Part shown: piece by piece, positions 13,791-26,461 of the stretch
Position numbering within the stretch: position 1 is the first letter of the stretch
How the letters are laid out: each line of letters begins with the position of its first letter
Origin: Eledone cirrhosa
Lineage: Eukaryota
Assembly (NCBI GenBank): GCA_964016885.1
Contig: OZ024743.1
Span: 214,148,001-214,212,000, forward strand
DNA: 64,000 nucleotides
Direction: 5' to 3'
Translations under genes and position numbers: made by a program
The notes under the pieces: generated by a model
What the model was told of the DNA's origin: nothing
The model's input: the letters and a program-made list of their open reading frames with translations, nothing else
The model's database searches: none

Positions 13791-13857
13791 TAAAATAACA
13801 GATATGTATATATATCTTTCTCGATACGTAAATACGGTATATGTATATATATATATG

Positions 13858-13943
<86 letters not shown>

Positions 13944-13973
13944 AAAGAATAGAGGTGTAACACACAAGTTATT

Positions 13974-14209
13974 ATATATTGGTAAACGGAATAGAAAATG
14001 CTGACAAATTGTTCACATTCTAAAAATGGTTTAATTAGGAATAAAAGAGTATTAGTGATTGTATGGGTTAGTATTCAGTTGTGGTTTTAAGTTTTAAAAA
14101 CTTAAAACCACAACTGAATACTAACCCATACAATCACTAATACTCTTTTATTCCCAATTAAACCATTTTTCAACAGTGAACAATTTGTCAGCATTTTCTA
14201 TTCCGTTTA

Positions 14210-14218
<9 letters not shown>
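13974..14218. repeat. Hairpin palindrome (~120-bp arms) abutting (TA)n
   Basis: The arms are reverse complements around ~14096, with few mismatches. Confidence 0.92.
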
Positions 14219-14246
<28 letters not shown>

Positions 14247-14310
14247 AATTCTGGCAATATTACGCAAATATGACCCTCCCCAAATATAACAATATATATA
14301 TATATATATA

Positions 14311-14742
14311 GGGTTTAGGATGGTGGTTTGGACGGAACAAGGGGAGAAAAGAAGAAATGATCCTTCGTCAGCTATAATCCGCGATCCAGAAGTTTCAGTG
14401 CTTATTTACAGCATATCTGTAGCAATCCGCGGTGCGCCCGAGGCCTTTTCTTAATCAAAAGGCCAGGAGGAAAAGAAGAGAAAAAAGAAGGAAAAAAAAG
14501 GAAGCGCGGAAGAAAAACAAAGGGGGAAAGGTGGTGAGGAGAGGGGATGAAAGAGAAAATGGAGAAAAAGGAGAAAAAAAACAGGTGACCAGATCCATAT
14601 CGTGGGGAGACACAGGACAAAGGAGCATGCACGTGTGTAACCGGGAAAAAAATAAGATAAGTAAGTTATAGCAAACCTGGTAGACATAAGCCTAGTAGGA
14701 TGCGCTAACAAGAGAATGGTGTTAGTGTGTCGACTCAATCAT

Positions 14743-14806
<64 letters not shown>

Positions 14807-15345
14807 GAGAGGGAGAGAGAGAGACAGAGTAACCGGAAGTGAGAGGGAGATAATCCAAAAGGGGTTTTACGAGAGTGGTACAACGTGTCGCAAAAGATTG
14901 CGAACGGAGAAGTTTTACGACACCTGTAAACATGTCAACAATCAAAACCGAATGGATGGATAGAGAAAGGGAGAGAGAGAGAACGAGAGTGAGAGGAGGA
15001 AAAGGGAAGAGAGAAGGGGAAAGTCGATGCGAAAGTATAGTGGGAACACAGATCGAATAAAACAGGAAGAGAAGGGTCACACGGTAAATACAAAATGATA
15101 AGAAACGAAAGGAGCTGTGTGGTTACTAAAAACAAGGTTTAGGGTGGTGGTTTCGACGGAACAAGAGGAGAAAGAAGACAAATCCTTCGTCAGCTGTAAT
15201 CTGCGATCTAGATGTTTCTGCTCTTATTTACAGGACATCTGTAGCAATCCGCGGTGCGCCCGAAACAAAAAGCCAGGTTGAAAATCAAAGACAAAAAGGT
15301 TTTGATTATTGACATGTTTGCACGTGTCTTAAAGCTCCTCTGTAC
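14311..15345. mobile_element. Non-coding element with ~125-bp direct repeats (pLTR-like partial tandem) and an inverted tail
   Basis: 14311-14440 resembles 15136-15262. 15308-15340 is the inverse of ~14907-14939. Internal (GA)n. Confidence 0.65.
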
Positions 15346-15443
15346 ACCCTGTAAATACGAAACTGTTGCTCACAACATCAATATATATGTATCTATATGA
15401 TTGTTCAGTTGAATAGGAGGTTAATTATATGTACAAGCATTGA

Positions 15444-15497
15444 TAATGCTCCGATGACTCCAAACGAAAGTTTGGAAGAAACGATTGTCAGTTATTA
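15444..15497 (+). ncRNA. Degenerate minimal hammerhead
   Basis: TAATGCT CCGATGA C-TCCAAAC GAAA GTTTGGA-A GAAA CGATTG TC AGTTATTA. Confidence 0.6.
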
Positions 15498-15653
15498 AAT
15501 GATTTGAACGGAACTTTCATAATTGTCTAATTTGTTTTCCTGCTCTGTAAAGCACCTGATGTTCTTACATTGAGCTATTTCTCTTACTGGTAATAAAGTA
15601 GTAGGAAATGACTGACCTTTCTTGTTTATAGTATATACATAACTATAAATAGT

Positions 15654-15720
<67 letters not shown>

Positions 15721-15777
15721 TAATAAAAACAATGAATAAAAACAAAGAACAGGTTCCTTATATTAAAAAAAATTCAT

Positions 15778-16143
<366 letters not shown>

Positions 16144-16284
16144 TTGTGTATATATATATATATATTTGTATATATATATATATATACAGATTTTCTGAAG
16201 ACAGCATGTATATGTGAATATATATATATATATAGTAATAATAATACATTTGAAGACTAAAATCCAAAGAGGGCTCGATAAGGA

Positions 16285-17787
16285 TAAATATATATCAAAT
16301 ATTTAAGAACCGTAGAGCAAATATTTATTAAAATAACAGATATAAAGTTTAAGCAAAGAATCGCTGCTTTCACCCTTAACGGGATCTTCTGAAACTAACA
16401 AAGTCAATCTGTAAACACAGAACTGGATATTTCAAAAAACGTTGCAACCGGAGGAAGACAGGAAGACGATACTTTGGTTCGTGGAAACGTTCGCTGGCTA
16501 AGAACGGGAAAAAACGAATATAATACGTCATTAATAGGAGCAGTGAAAAACAATTACGCGCAAAGATAGAACAACGTTTATGGTATAAAAGAGGTCGTAG
16601 ACTAATGTTCTCTTAGGTGGTGCATAGAGACGTTCTCTGGCAATGAACGAAAAAAACGAAGATAATTCGTCATATGTGGAGCGTGGAGAACAATAGCACG
16701 CCAACACAAAACCACGTAAATGGTATAGCAGAAGTCGTAGACTAAATTCTAACTAGGAGACCGAATGAATCTCCGCTACAGAGTTAAGAACAAAGTAAAT
16801 AAATACAATACATAAGTAATAGAAATAAATAAATACATACACGCAAACAAATACGTACATACACAAGCATATGCAAAAACTTACCATAGGTAAACAAAAC
16901 CACGCACATATGTGTGTGTGTGTAAGCGTGTATAGAAATAAATAAATAATTATATAAACGTATATAAATAAATAAATACGTATATAACAAGCGCACACAC
17001 ATACCTACATGTAAATACACGAATGTTCGGAGACTTAAGTCAACCAAAACATGAAGTACACATATACACACGCCCTACATACGTACAAACCTGAATACTC
17101 ACACAGACGCAAAACTCCCGTATACACATAGCCGAACCATATGTACCAGAATATATAAAAAAATGATACGCCATAACAATAAAATATACGTACGAGAAGG
17201 TATACGTACCTTCACAAAACATACGGATAATATATACTTACCTATGCAAATAAGTAAAGGTATAAATAAAACATATACTTAGCTCCCACATCGAGACGTA
17301 AAATGTCCACGTATAGATCGTACTATCCGTTAGAGTATAACGCGGGGCTGTAATACAAGGAGGTTTTGTGCAATTTATGTTTACAAGCCGAAATTGCCTC
17401 ATATTTTTTGTTTAAGATGTGGTCTGTGGCGTAGAGTATTTCCAGGGCCTCAGCGGCGCAGAGGTCACATGGTCTTTTATTTCCGTTATACGATCTAGCC
17501 CTATCTAAGATCTCCCAGTGTAACTTATATTGGGTGTGGTTGTCTTTTAGACTCCAGATATAAGCTGAAAGTGACGTCACATTCCTTCTTAGAGGGTAAC
17601 GAAAAGAATGGGTATGCATGTAAAGACGCTGCTTGAAACTATTGGCGGTTAACCCTATGTAGGCCCTACGGGACGTGGGTGTTACAACCTTGCATTTGTA
17701 GACAATTTGTAGACAGTTTCAGAAGATCCCGTTAAGGGTGAAAGCAGCGATTCTTTGCTTAAACTTTAATCTGTTATTTTAATAAAT
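16285..17787 (-). mobile_element. 5'-truncated Penelope family A copy (GIY-YIG end, 3' region, pLTR) with an inverted pLTR at the truncation
   Basis: 17210-17705 matches 9385-9880. pLTR 16285-16445 matches 11684-11850. Inverted piece at 17715-17787. Hammerhead-like motifs at 16346-16396(-) and 17715-17765(+). Confidence 0.92.
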
Positions 17788-18356
17788 ATATATATATATA
17801 TATACATAATAAGGGTTGACGGACCCACTATATTTATCAATGACAGTACCGGTTGTATCTGAGCGCGCTCAATGGGCAATGTAAGATACATTACCAGAGT
17901 ATACACATAGTTATTCGCCTCAACACAACACACGTAAAATGGGTGCCTATAAGGTTCCAGGAATCGAGTTTCTGCAGGACTAATGAAGCAGTAAGGTGCA
18001 CTGCACCATCTCTCTGCATATATTATGCAACAATGCACAATCAGCTCATGCGGCTTCATCAGCGGGTATCGCCTAATCAATAACCAATCGATCGACATAA
18101 TCCAAACATCGGCCCGTGCCGGTCATGACTGTTTGTGACAACCGACACGGTAAAGCGAATAACTGGCAACCGATAGGACTTTATCTCTCAACTAGTCACT
18201 GATTTACAAATTTTACGTGGTGACGGGAAGCTAAAAAGAATCAATCTATTAGTTCCTGTCAGGAGCTCTCAGCCAACGTGTCTCACACACAAATTATCAA
18301 GGGGTGAAAAGATGGCTATTAGAAATAGCAGTTCACATTGATATTAAATAGAATGG

Positions 18357-18412
<56 letters not shown>

Positions 18413-19054
18413 TGATATTGCCAAAAGAGAGCAGCTGAGCTCGTGGATGTTATCCAACCATCTTGGGTCTCCTGTCGGACGATTTTGCCTGAAATGTCTG
18501 TCCACCTATTCTTTTTTGAGACATTTTAACCACATGCCCTTAATATCGGAGCTTTGATCTTTGAATTTTGAGAAGTAGTGGCTCTATCTGAAGCTCCTCT
18601 AAGATATCCGATCTGCACAAACAGTTTTACTCTAAAAACCCTCCCTTGAAAGACCCCATTTCGGCCGCTTGTATTGGCGATCGCATTCGTTCGATCGCAT
18701 TCGTTCGATCATATTCATGAGCATAATTTCAAAATAATATTGGTAACCCTACCCGTATCTCTTCAATTTCAGTAGGAGGTTTTCATTAAGTTAAGCTTCG
18801 TTTTGTGGTTACTATATTATCTAAACATTTAATGACATTCAAACAAATCTTTGGTGGAGAATCTATTTTTGTTATAGAAAGAATCCAGTAAATCGCCTTT
18901 TATTTACAATTGACGTTAATGTCATACAAGTTCCAATGATGAAATACAAAGCTTATCCTGTAGGATTTGAACTTAAAAGTAGAACACAATGTCACAAAAG
19001 ATTCTGTTTCATACCCTGGTGATTCGGCTCGCACCTGCCTGATTGCATTACTTA

Positions 19055-19240
19055 TTGGATTGGCAGTATCGGTAGAGGGTCGGACGCCATGGTTTGCAGC
19101 ATAGAGTTACGGCCCGTTATGGTCTGAGTTCAAATCCCGCCGAGGTTAACTTTGCCTTTCATCCTTACGGGGTCGATAAAATAAAGTACCAATAATACAC
19201 TGGGATAATTGCTGGCCTTGTGCCTAGAGTAGAAACAATT
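19055..19240 (+). mobile_element. tRNA-derived SINE with a Meta/MESC-like core
   Basis: A-box-like TGGCAGTATCGG, B-box-like GAGTTCAAATCC, core GCCTTTCATCCTTACGGGGTCGATAAAATAAAGTACC, TSD ~ATTACTTATT. Confidence 0.85.
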
Positions 19241-20486
19241 ACTTATTTTAGTTAAATTTGTTTGATTCGTTATCGCATTTAATCATAATACCATCTGAAA
19301 GCTTTCCATATTGTTCATTTTATTTAAATTAATGATTGAAAGAAAACAATATTCAAAGCGTTGTTGAAATTGTTTTGTTACCTGGATTTATTCTAACCTG
19401 CAGATATTTTGCCTATCTGTAGATCTCAACTCCGTGTAAAACAGTGTTAAAAGATATGCATGTTAGAAAACCATAGTATCCAGATAAAATATAGTAGTCA
19501 ATATACCTTAGTTGTCAGATATTCCTTATGGCATCTGACCTCTTACGTCCTTGGAATGCTATGCTGGTATATTTAGGCATGATAAATCGTTAGTGTTATC
19601 AACATCTATATAAACCACCTGCTTCGGCATAAATGCCATCTGTTATTTTGAAAACAACGATATATAAATATTTTCTTTTCATATGTTTATTCTTGTATAC
19701 TCACTAAACATACACGCGAATTTTTTATTTTTCATTTTACCAGCATTTCCGGCATATGGGTATGAGGCTTGTTGAAAAACATGTGTAGAATAAATAGTTG
19801 TGAATTACATTCTATCATGTGAATATGAACATCATCCTATTATTGCAAAACATGTATCTCTCAACAATTTCATAAAACGTATTCTAGTATGATAAACAAA
19901 ACAGAATTTGGAATTTAACAACAAAACATGTTTTAACAATCTGTAAAATCTTGAATAGCCCACCTCATAAACGATATTAACAAACAACTCATTCTTATAA
20001 TTTTCTTCTAAATGTTATAAAATGTTATTAGAGAAATATGAAAAATATGATTTTCTACATGAGATAAAGTAAATATTTATGATCGTAAATACAAGGCAAT
20101 ATTAAAGACATTTACAATTTATGTTAACACATCCAAATGTGCGTATATAGTAAGCTGTTAGTATATCTATAAAGTTGTACATTACAACATTATCAGTTCA
20201 CATTTAGTTTTTGTGGATCTCTGGGCCAATCCCACTCTCTGAACATCGAAGGACTGGTCTACATCCTTGAATGCAAAGGAAGTCTCAGGTTTTATATCAG
20301 AGTGACCTTCCCCTTCTAATGAAGACTAGGCGTCTCTCGCTCTACACAAAAATAACTTTATTGGATCCCCTGTGTTCCTCAGATTTTTGAGGGGATTTTG
20401 TTCTTTAAGTACAAAATTCTCCGAGCACAAATCCACTGCCTTTCTTAACCGAGAGATTCTAAAGATAGCCCCCCCCCCCCACACAC

Positions 20487-20529
<43 letters not shown>

Positions 20530-21552
20530 CGCATACACACACACACACACAAATACACACATACACATATACGTATGTGTGTGTTGTGTCTTTCTGTGTG
20601 TACATGTTCGTGTGTGTATTTGTGTCCGTGTATGCATATATATATATATCTATATGCATGAATGTATAACAATATTTTATTTATTATGCATATATATTTA
20701 CATGTGACTGTTTAAAATTGTGAGTTTTCATGTATGGACAGTATTAAGCAAATATTTCGTGTGCACCCACGCACGTATAGCAATTGCAATTTAATGTTAC
20801 CGCTTCCGCTTCATCAATTATATGAGTTGTATGAAATATCATCACGCCACGTTACTAATATTTCTCGAATATTCTTTCAACTTCTATATCTAACTTTGAA
20901 TTCTCCTAGAATATTCACATTTACTTTGAAAAAATTGTTTCATATGCTCCTGAGTTTTCTCTGTAAACTACATAATATTTTCAGCGTCAAACCTCTGGAA
21001 GCATATACAGAACAAACATATACACATACTTCTAAATATTTTCAACGTCAGGGATAGATATAGGGAAAACTGCCAAGCAACGAGAGTATCAGCGCATATC
21101 CCACGTAGTACACATTTAGAAATCAGATTGTTGTCTAAGCAATATATATATAAATAAATAAATAAATAGATATATATATATATGTATATATATAGGATAA
21201 CTAGGTATTGTTAAAGGTAATCCAGTTAGAGGTTGCGAGTACACTGTACTGTGGAGAGTTTTAACGTAAGGCGTTGTTTGACTCAACAAGATGTTTCCTT
21301 AGTTAGGTGGTGAGCTTAAGAGAATTCCCATGCAGCTGGTTCTTTGAGTAATAATAGTGAAAGAGTGAAGAATAACCTCAGGAAGCACATACATAATATT
21401 CCGATGATTTGATAATCAGAGACACACATGAAATTAAGTGGCGTAATTTCTGGAGACAGCGGCCTTTAGACTCACCTGATCAATGAAACACTTGTTAAAA
21501 CTGTAAATAAACACATTTGTTCAGCCGACCATGTTATTCTTCACCATTTCAC

Positions 21553-21585
<33 letters not shown>

Positions 21586-21755
21586 ATAAATAAGAAATTG
21601 GAATAAATGCTCTGAAATAGCGATATATATGTGAATATAGACATAGAATATTCGAAAATATTCTGTATGTTTATAATAAACATTTTGAAGACCTAATCGC
21701 TATAGAATAGAATACGTCACGTATTACAATTAGATTCTCGACAAAAGCAAGGGAA

Positions 21756-21798
21756 GCAATCTACGCGTTTCATTCTTGTTAGAAATCTTCAGGACTAC
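21756..21798 (-). ncRNA. Minimal type I hammerhead
   Basis: Reverse complement of the 22121 motif. Confidence 0.85.
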
Positions 21799-22120
21799 AT
21801 ATCCAGTGCTTTTATCGAGAATGACACAGCTAGAGACTTATAGAATACTTAGCTGTGTACAGGAACTGGTTTGAAAGAGCGGTTGCCGGTCCGGCAGAAA
21901 TTAGAAATTGGAATAAATGCTCTGAAATAGCGATATATATGTGAATATAGACATAGAATATTCGAAAATATTCTGTATGTTTATAATAAACATTTTGAAG
22001 ACCTAATCGCTATAGAATAGAATACGTCACGTATTACAATTAGATTCTCGACAAGGTTATCCAGTTAGAGGTTGCGAGTACACTGTACTGTGGAGAGTTT
22101 TAACGTAAGGCACTGGATAT

Positions 22121-22163
22121 GTAGTCCTGAAGATTTCTAACAAGAATGAAACGCGTAGATTGC
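22121..22163 (+). ncRNA. Minimal type I hammerhead
   Basis: GTAGTC CTGAAGA T-TTCT AACA AGAA-T GAAA CGCG TA GATTGC, with palindromic ACGCGT stem III. Confidence 0.85.
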
Positions 22164-22430
22164 TTCCCTTGCTTTTGTCGAGAATCTAATTGTAATACGT
22201 GACGTATTCTATTCTATAGCGATTAGGTCTTCAAAATGTTTATTATAAACATACAGAATATTTTCGAATATTCTATGTCTATATTCACATATATATCGCT
22301 ATTTCAGAGCATTTATTCCAATTTCTAATTTCTGCCGGACCGGCAACCGCTCTTTCAAACCAGTTCCTGTACACAGCTAAGTATTCTATAAGTCTCTAGC
22401 TGTGTCATTCTCGATAAAAGCACTGGATAT

Positions 22431-22473
22431 GTAGTCCTGAAGATTTCTAACAAGAATGAAACGCGTAGATTGC
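22431..22473 (+). ncRNA. Minimal type I hammerhead (tandem copy)
   Basis: Identical to 22121-22163, 310 bp downstream. Confidence 0.85.
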
Positions 22474-22608
22474 TTCCCTTGCTTTTGTCGAGAATCTAAT
22501 TGTAATACGTGACGTATTCTATTCTATAGCGATTAGGTCTTCAAAATGTTTATTATAAACATACAGAATATTTTCGAATATTCTATGTCTATATTCACAT
22601 ATATATAT

Positions 22609-22689
<81 letters not shown>

Positions 22690-22694
22690 TATAA

Positions 22695-22745
<51 letters not shown>

Positions 22746-22803
22746 CAAAGACACACATATATATATATTATATATGTGATAACTTTATATATTATATATA
22801 TAT

Positions 22804-22874
<71 letters not shown>

Positions 22875-24289
22875 TATATATATATAAAGTTTACTGTCTC
22901 TGATACTTAGAAATCTCAGTGTATGGATGAGATATTTAATATATTATCTACTCAGAGAAGTAATTCAATATATTAAAACTTCAGTCAAAATCCCTATTTT
23001 GGGAGATATAATCTAGACCGACCAATATAAGTCGATTTTACTCATACAGTTCCCCAATAGTGTTTTCTGGAATTCATGAAACAGCATTAACTATTCGAAG
23101 GCATTGGAATAACCAATATTGGAAGAATTACAACTTAGTCATCCGGGTGAGAGTTCTTTGCAATAAGAGAAATTAAATGCCTATCCTACATACCATGTTT
23201 CTCTGATGTAGATCGAAAGGTGAGTGTGTAGGGTAAAGTGTGGGTCATGAGGTTCGTGGTGAAATGGAATCTATAGCACGTATGGGGTCTTGCGTAAGCA
23301 TGGTAACTGAAAGAGGATTTACAAGGGAGAAGGGAGTTGAGGACATTGCGATTCCTACAATGTCGGGTGCTATTAAAGGAAATAATATTGGAAGGAAGAA
23401 ATGGGGGTAAGGAGCGAGATTAAAATGGAAACGACGGAAGAGACGGATGATCGTCCTCCAGAGAAGAAATGTTTAGATGTGGTAGGTCTAGAAGAAGAGT
23501 ACGCGGTAGGTGAAATTGATGTGGTGTGTTGGCGCAGTGTAAAAACGATGGTATTGCCGATTCGACGGACACAGGTACGTGAGGCTTGGTCTAGAATATG
23601 GAGGTGTCAAAGCAGCGGGATTAGACCAATCACGTAAGGAGCATGAATCTCAAAATTATGTTAAAAGTCAACAGATGGAGGAGAGTGATGGATTTGGACT
23701 AGAGAATGGAGTGGGTGATTTCAGTAGAGAGGAATATAATTGTGTGACAGGGAATGTCTACGTGGATCTGTGTGTTTGTGATTGTACACATACATTTGGC
23801 CAGGTAAATATTTTTGTTCTTTATTATGACAAAATAATATATGATTCACATTTACTACCATATATCTGGAGACTATAAAAGTTATATATATATGCATTAT
23901 ATACTACAGCTTCATCATATTTTATTTCTGTATTTATTAATGTTATCTATTGTCATGAAATTGTAGAACAATAACATTTTAATTTAATTGTATTTCATTT
24001 TCTTTTTCATAATACTAATATTCTAGCATTCTTAAAAGTAATAAGTTCAAAACACATTTATCTACAGCTATTTCATACTTCCCAAACACCATTGAACTAC
24101 TACAATATTGAAAGCAAACTTATACAATTTTAATCTACAAAATCTATAGAACTATATGCGGCGTATTTCTCTTTCGTATTTTGATGCACTTTAACAATAA
24201 TTTTATGAAGCATGTTGAATACGTGGATTGATAGGAAGGCATTTTACACATTTTAAAAAGAAAATATACTATTGTTTTATATTAACTGC

Positions 24290-25750
24290 AATTACTTCAT
24301 ATATATATTTGAAGAAAAGGAATCATTACATTTAAAAAAATTGCAAAATATTTTGAATAACATATTGTTATTACAAATTGACACGAGGTACGATGTTTTC
24401 ATGAACATTTGCATGGAAATATATAAAATAATATTCTGACTAATATATATGTACGTGATAGGCTCAATAATATTTTGTTCGACAAAAGGGAGCAATGTGG
24501 TTGAAAGTTGCCAAAGGTTTAGTAATCTCCAGTCGAATGTATGCATGAATTTGAGCTCTTCTTATAAATGACTGTATTGTTTCTTTCGAGAGATTACGCT
24601 GAAAAATCTACCTCATTTGCTCATTCAATGAGAGTATCTTGGTCAGCTTATTAACTTTTCAGTCAACCCTCGTAAAAAAATGTAATACTTTTCATGTGTT
24701 TATTTTCCTTTATGTGATTGAAACGTGCTGTGAGGTGCGTTTTTATATGGATGTATTTACATTATTAATTAATATCTTTGATTAGCATTATATTTAAGTT
24801 ATGTGATATAGCAAGTTTGTGATATTACAAAGTTGGTTCTCTTGTATGGAATATACTAAAACCAGTTCAGGGAAAAAATATTATTCATCTTTTATTTCGG
24901 TTCGATTTCGCATAATTAAATTCCAAATATCAATGAATATTTTATAACTTGATTTGAATTTAGCAGATCGGTAAATTAGAAGAGTCATATATTAATTAAT
25001 ATGTTTCTTATATGTCAAAACGAGTAGTTAATTCAAAAATGTTTTTCTAATAATTTTCTAATAATTTCATTATGTATTCATATATGTTTAGATATGTAGA
25101 AAAGCTCGAATGCAGGAAACACATCTTAGACAAATTTCTCCTATAACCGAGAAAAGAGAATCAAAGCGTGTACAGCTCAAATTGCAGATGAGCGATGTAT
25201 ACCATGAGCTATTTTCCTGCCTTCCATATTTTCTACATTACTAAACATTTCCATTCACCCGACGCTCCAATGATTATTTACAAAATGTTGCCACATTGAA
25301 AAGCTGATATTTAAGTCGGTAACCGTTGCCAGGTGTCCTTTTACCTCTCTCAACACAAAAGGAAATAAATAACGAATTATACCGTATAAAAGAGGGTAGC
25401 GTTGTCCGTTTGAACGTTACGACCATTCTTGATAAACGTGATTCGAACAGAAGGGGGACACAGATAATAACATAGTGACAAGAAACAGACCTTACATAAA
25501 TTTCCCTAACATGATTGGGTATCTTGGCTGTGAGGATTAGGCTCCGCCCTGGACTTAATTCCCTTCAGATTGATTTTCTCCTGCAAAATACCGAGAATAT
25601 ACTAATCAATGAAAATCGCAGATAAACATGTGCTAAAGTCGATGGAAAAACGAAGTTTCAACATAATATCCATGTGAATTTAGCAAATCTTATAGATCAG
25701 AGCATCAACAATCATGGTCAAAATGTTGCAAATATTATAAATTGAAATTA
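24290..25750 (-). pseudogene. Decayed LRR remnant
   Basis: FPSTLAHVYLRFSLI, KIPNHVREIYV, PITYIYISQNIILYISMQMF. Confidence 0.4.
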
Positions 25751-25869
25751 TTTTTAAATAAATGCGTTTTGGCCGATGTAAACGAGCTGTTAGTTTTATA
25801 TAGCGACACGCATGTACGCGCAAACCTCCCCCACAGACATGTATATATATATATATATATATGTTATTT

Positions 25870-26179
25870 GAAAGTGAGGATTTTTAATTTTTTTAAATGT
25901 TTTTTATTTTTTACAGAATGAAAAATAACAGAGGTGTCCTACACGAGTGAAAGTATAAAGAAAAAAAGATGAAAACGAAAATGCAACTGGAGTCTTATTT
26001 AAAAAAAAATATATATATTTATTTGGTTCCTTTACCGTGAGAAAAACCACAGACCCTCCATCTCAAATGTACTTTTGAAAAGCAGAAAAACTACGAAACC
26101 GGTAAAGGAACCAAATAAATATATATATTTTTTAAAAAACAAGACTCCAGTTGCATTTTCGATTTCATCTTTTTTTCTT
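25870..26179. mobile_element. pLTR fragment with an inverted duplication
   Basis: 25959-26037 is the inverse of 26100-26179. Homologous to 5019-5181. Confidence 0.8.
26069..26111 (+). ncRNA. Minimal hammerhead with U3:A8 core
   Basis: GTACTT TTGAAAA GCAG AAAAA CTAC GAAA CCGG TA AAGGAAC. Confidence 0.6.
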
Positions 26180-26461
26180 CACACATATATATATATATAT
26201 ATACACATACACGCATGTATGTACGAGTGTCTATGAATGTGTGCTGTGTGTGTTTGAAATTGTATATATATATAGATTAATACAGGATTAATTTGCACTA
26301 AAATATTTAATAATTCGTTCGTAAGTTCTTTGAATGACAATGTGAATTTTGTACATGTGTAACATAATGTTTGCAATACGTGGGTGATTGTATGGCAAAA
26401 ACGGTTCAGAGTGTACTACTGAGGCACTGCATTTTTAAATATTTGTGAGTTCGACATAATA

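Larger units (their letters stand above)
21591..22600. mobile_element. Retrozyme-like locus: 310-bp hammerhead monomer in tandem, in both orientations
   Basis: About 1.5 minus-strand units (21591-22053) and about 1.6 plus-strand units (22111-22600), period 310, (TA)n flanks. Confidence 0.85.
19350..24200 (+). pseudogene. Fragmented LRR gene remnant(s) interrupted by repeats
   Basis: LSDIPYGI (~19512), CFNNL*NLE* (19929), NFSQNPYFG (22977), PILEELQLSH (23113), FPNTIELL (~24078). Confidence 0.45.

Noticed and set aside
14311-14320. GGGTTTAGG telomere-like motif
   Set aside because: It is a single unit, expected by chance.
19055-19145. tRNA gene
   Set aside because: The A/B-box-like head belongs to a multi-copy SINE, and no cloverleaf forms.
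21444-21502. CTGGAGA...GAAACACTTGTT candidate, and a similar one at 33260-33325(-)
   Set aside because: The cores are mutated and the stems do not register.
21591-22600. CRISPR-like array
   Set aside because: These are full 310-bp tandem units without spacers, in a eukaryotic context.
23145-23760. GC-richer insert as a Penelope coding fragment
   Set aside because: No diagnostic RT or endonuclease motif could be read, so it is left unassigned.
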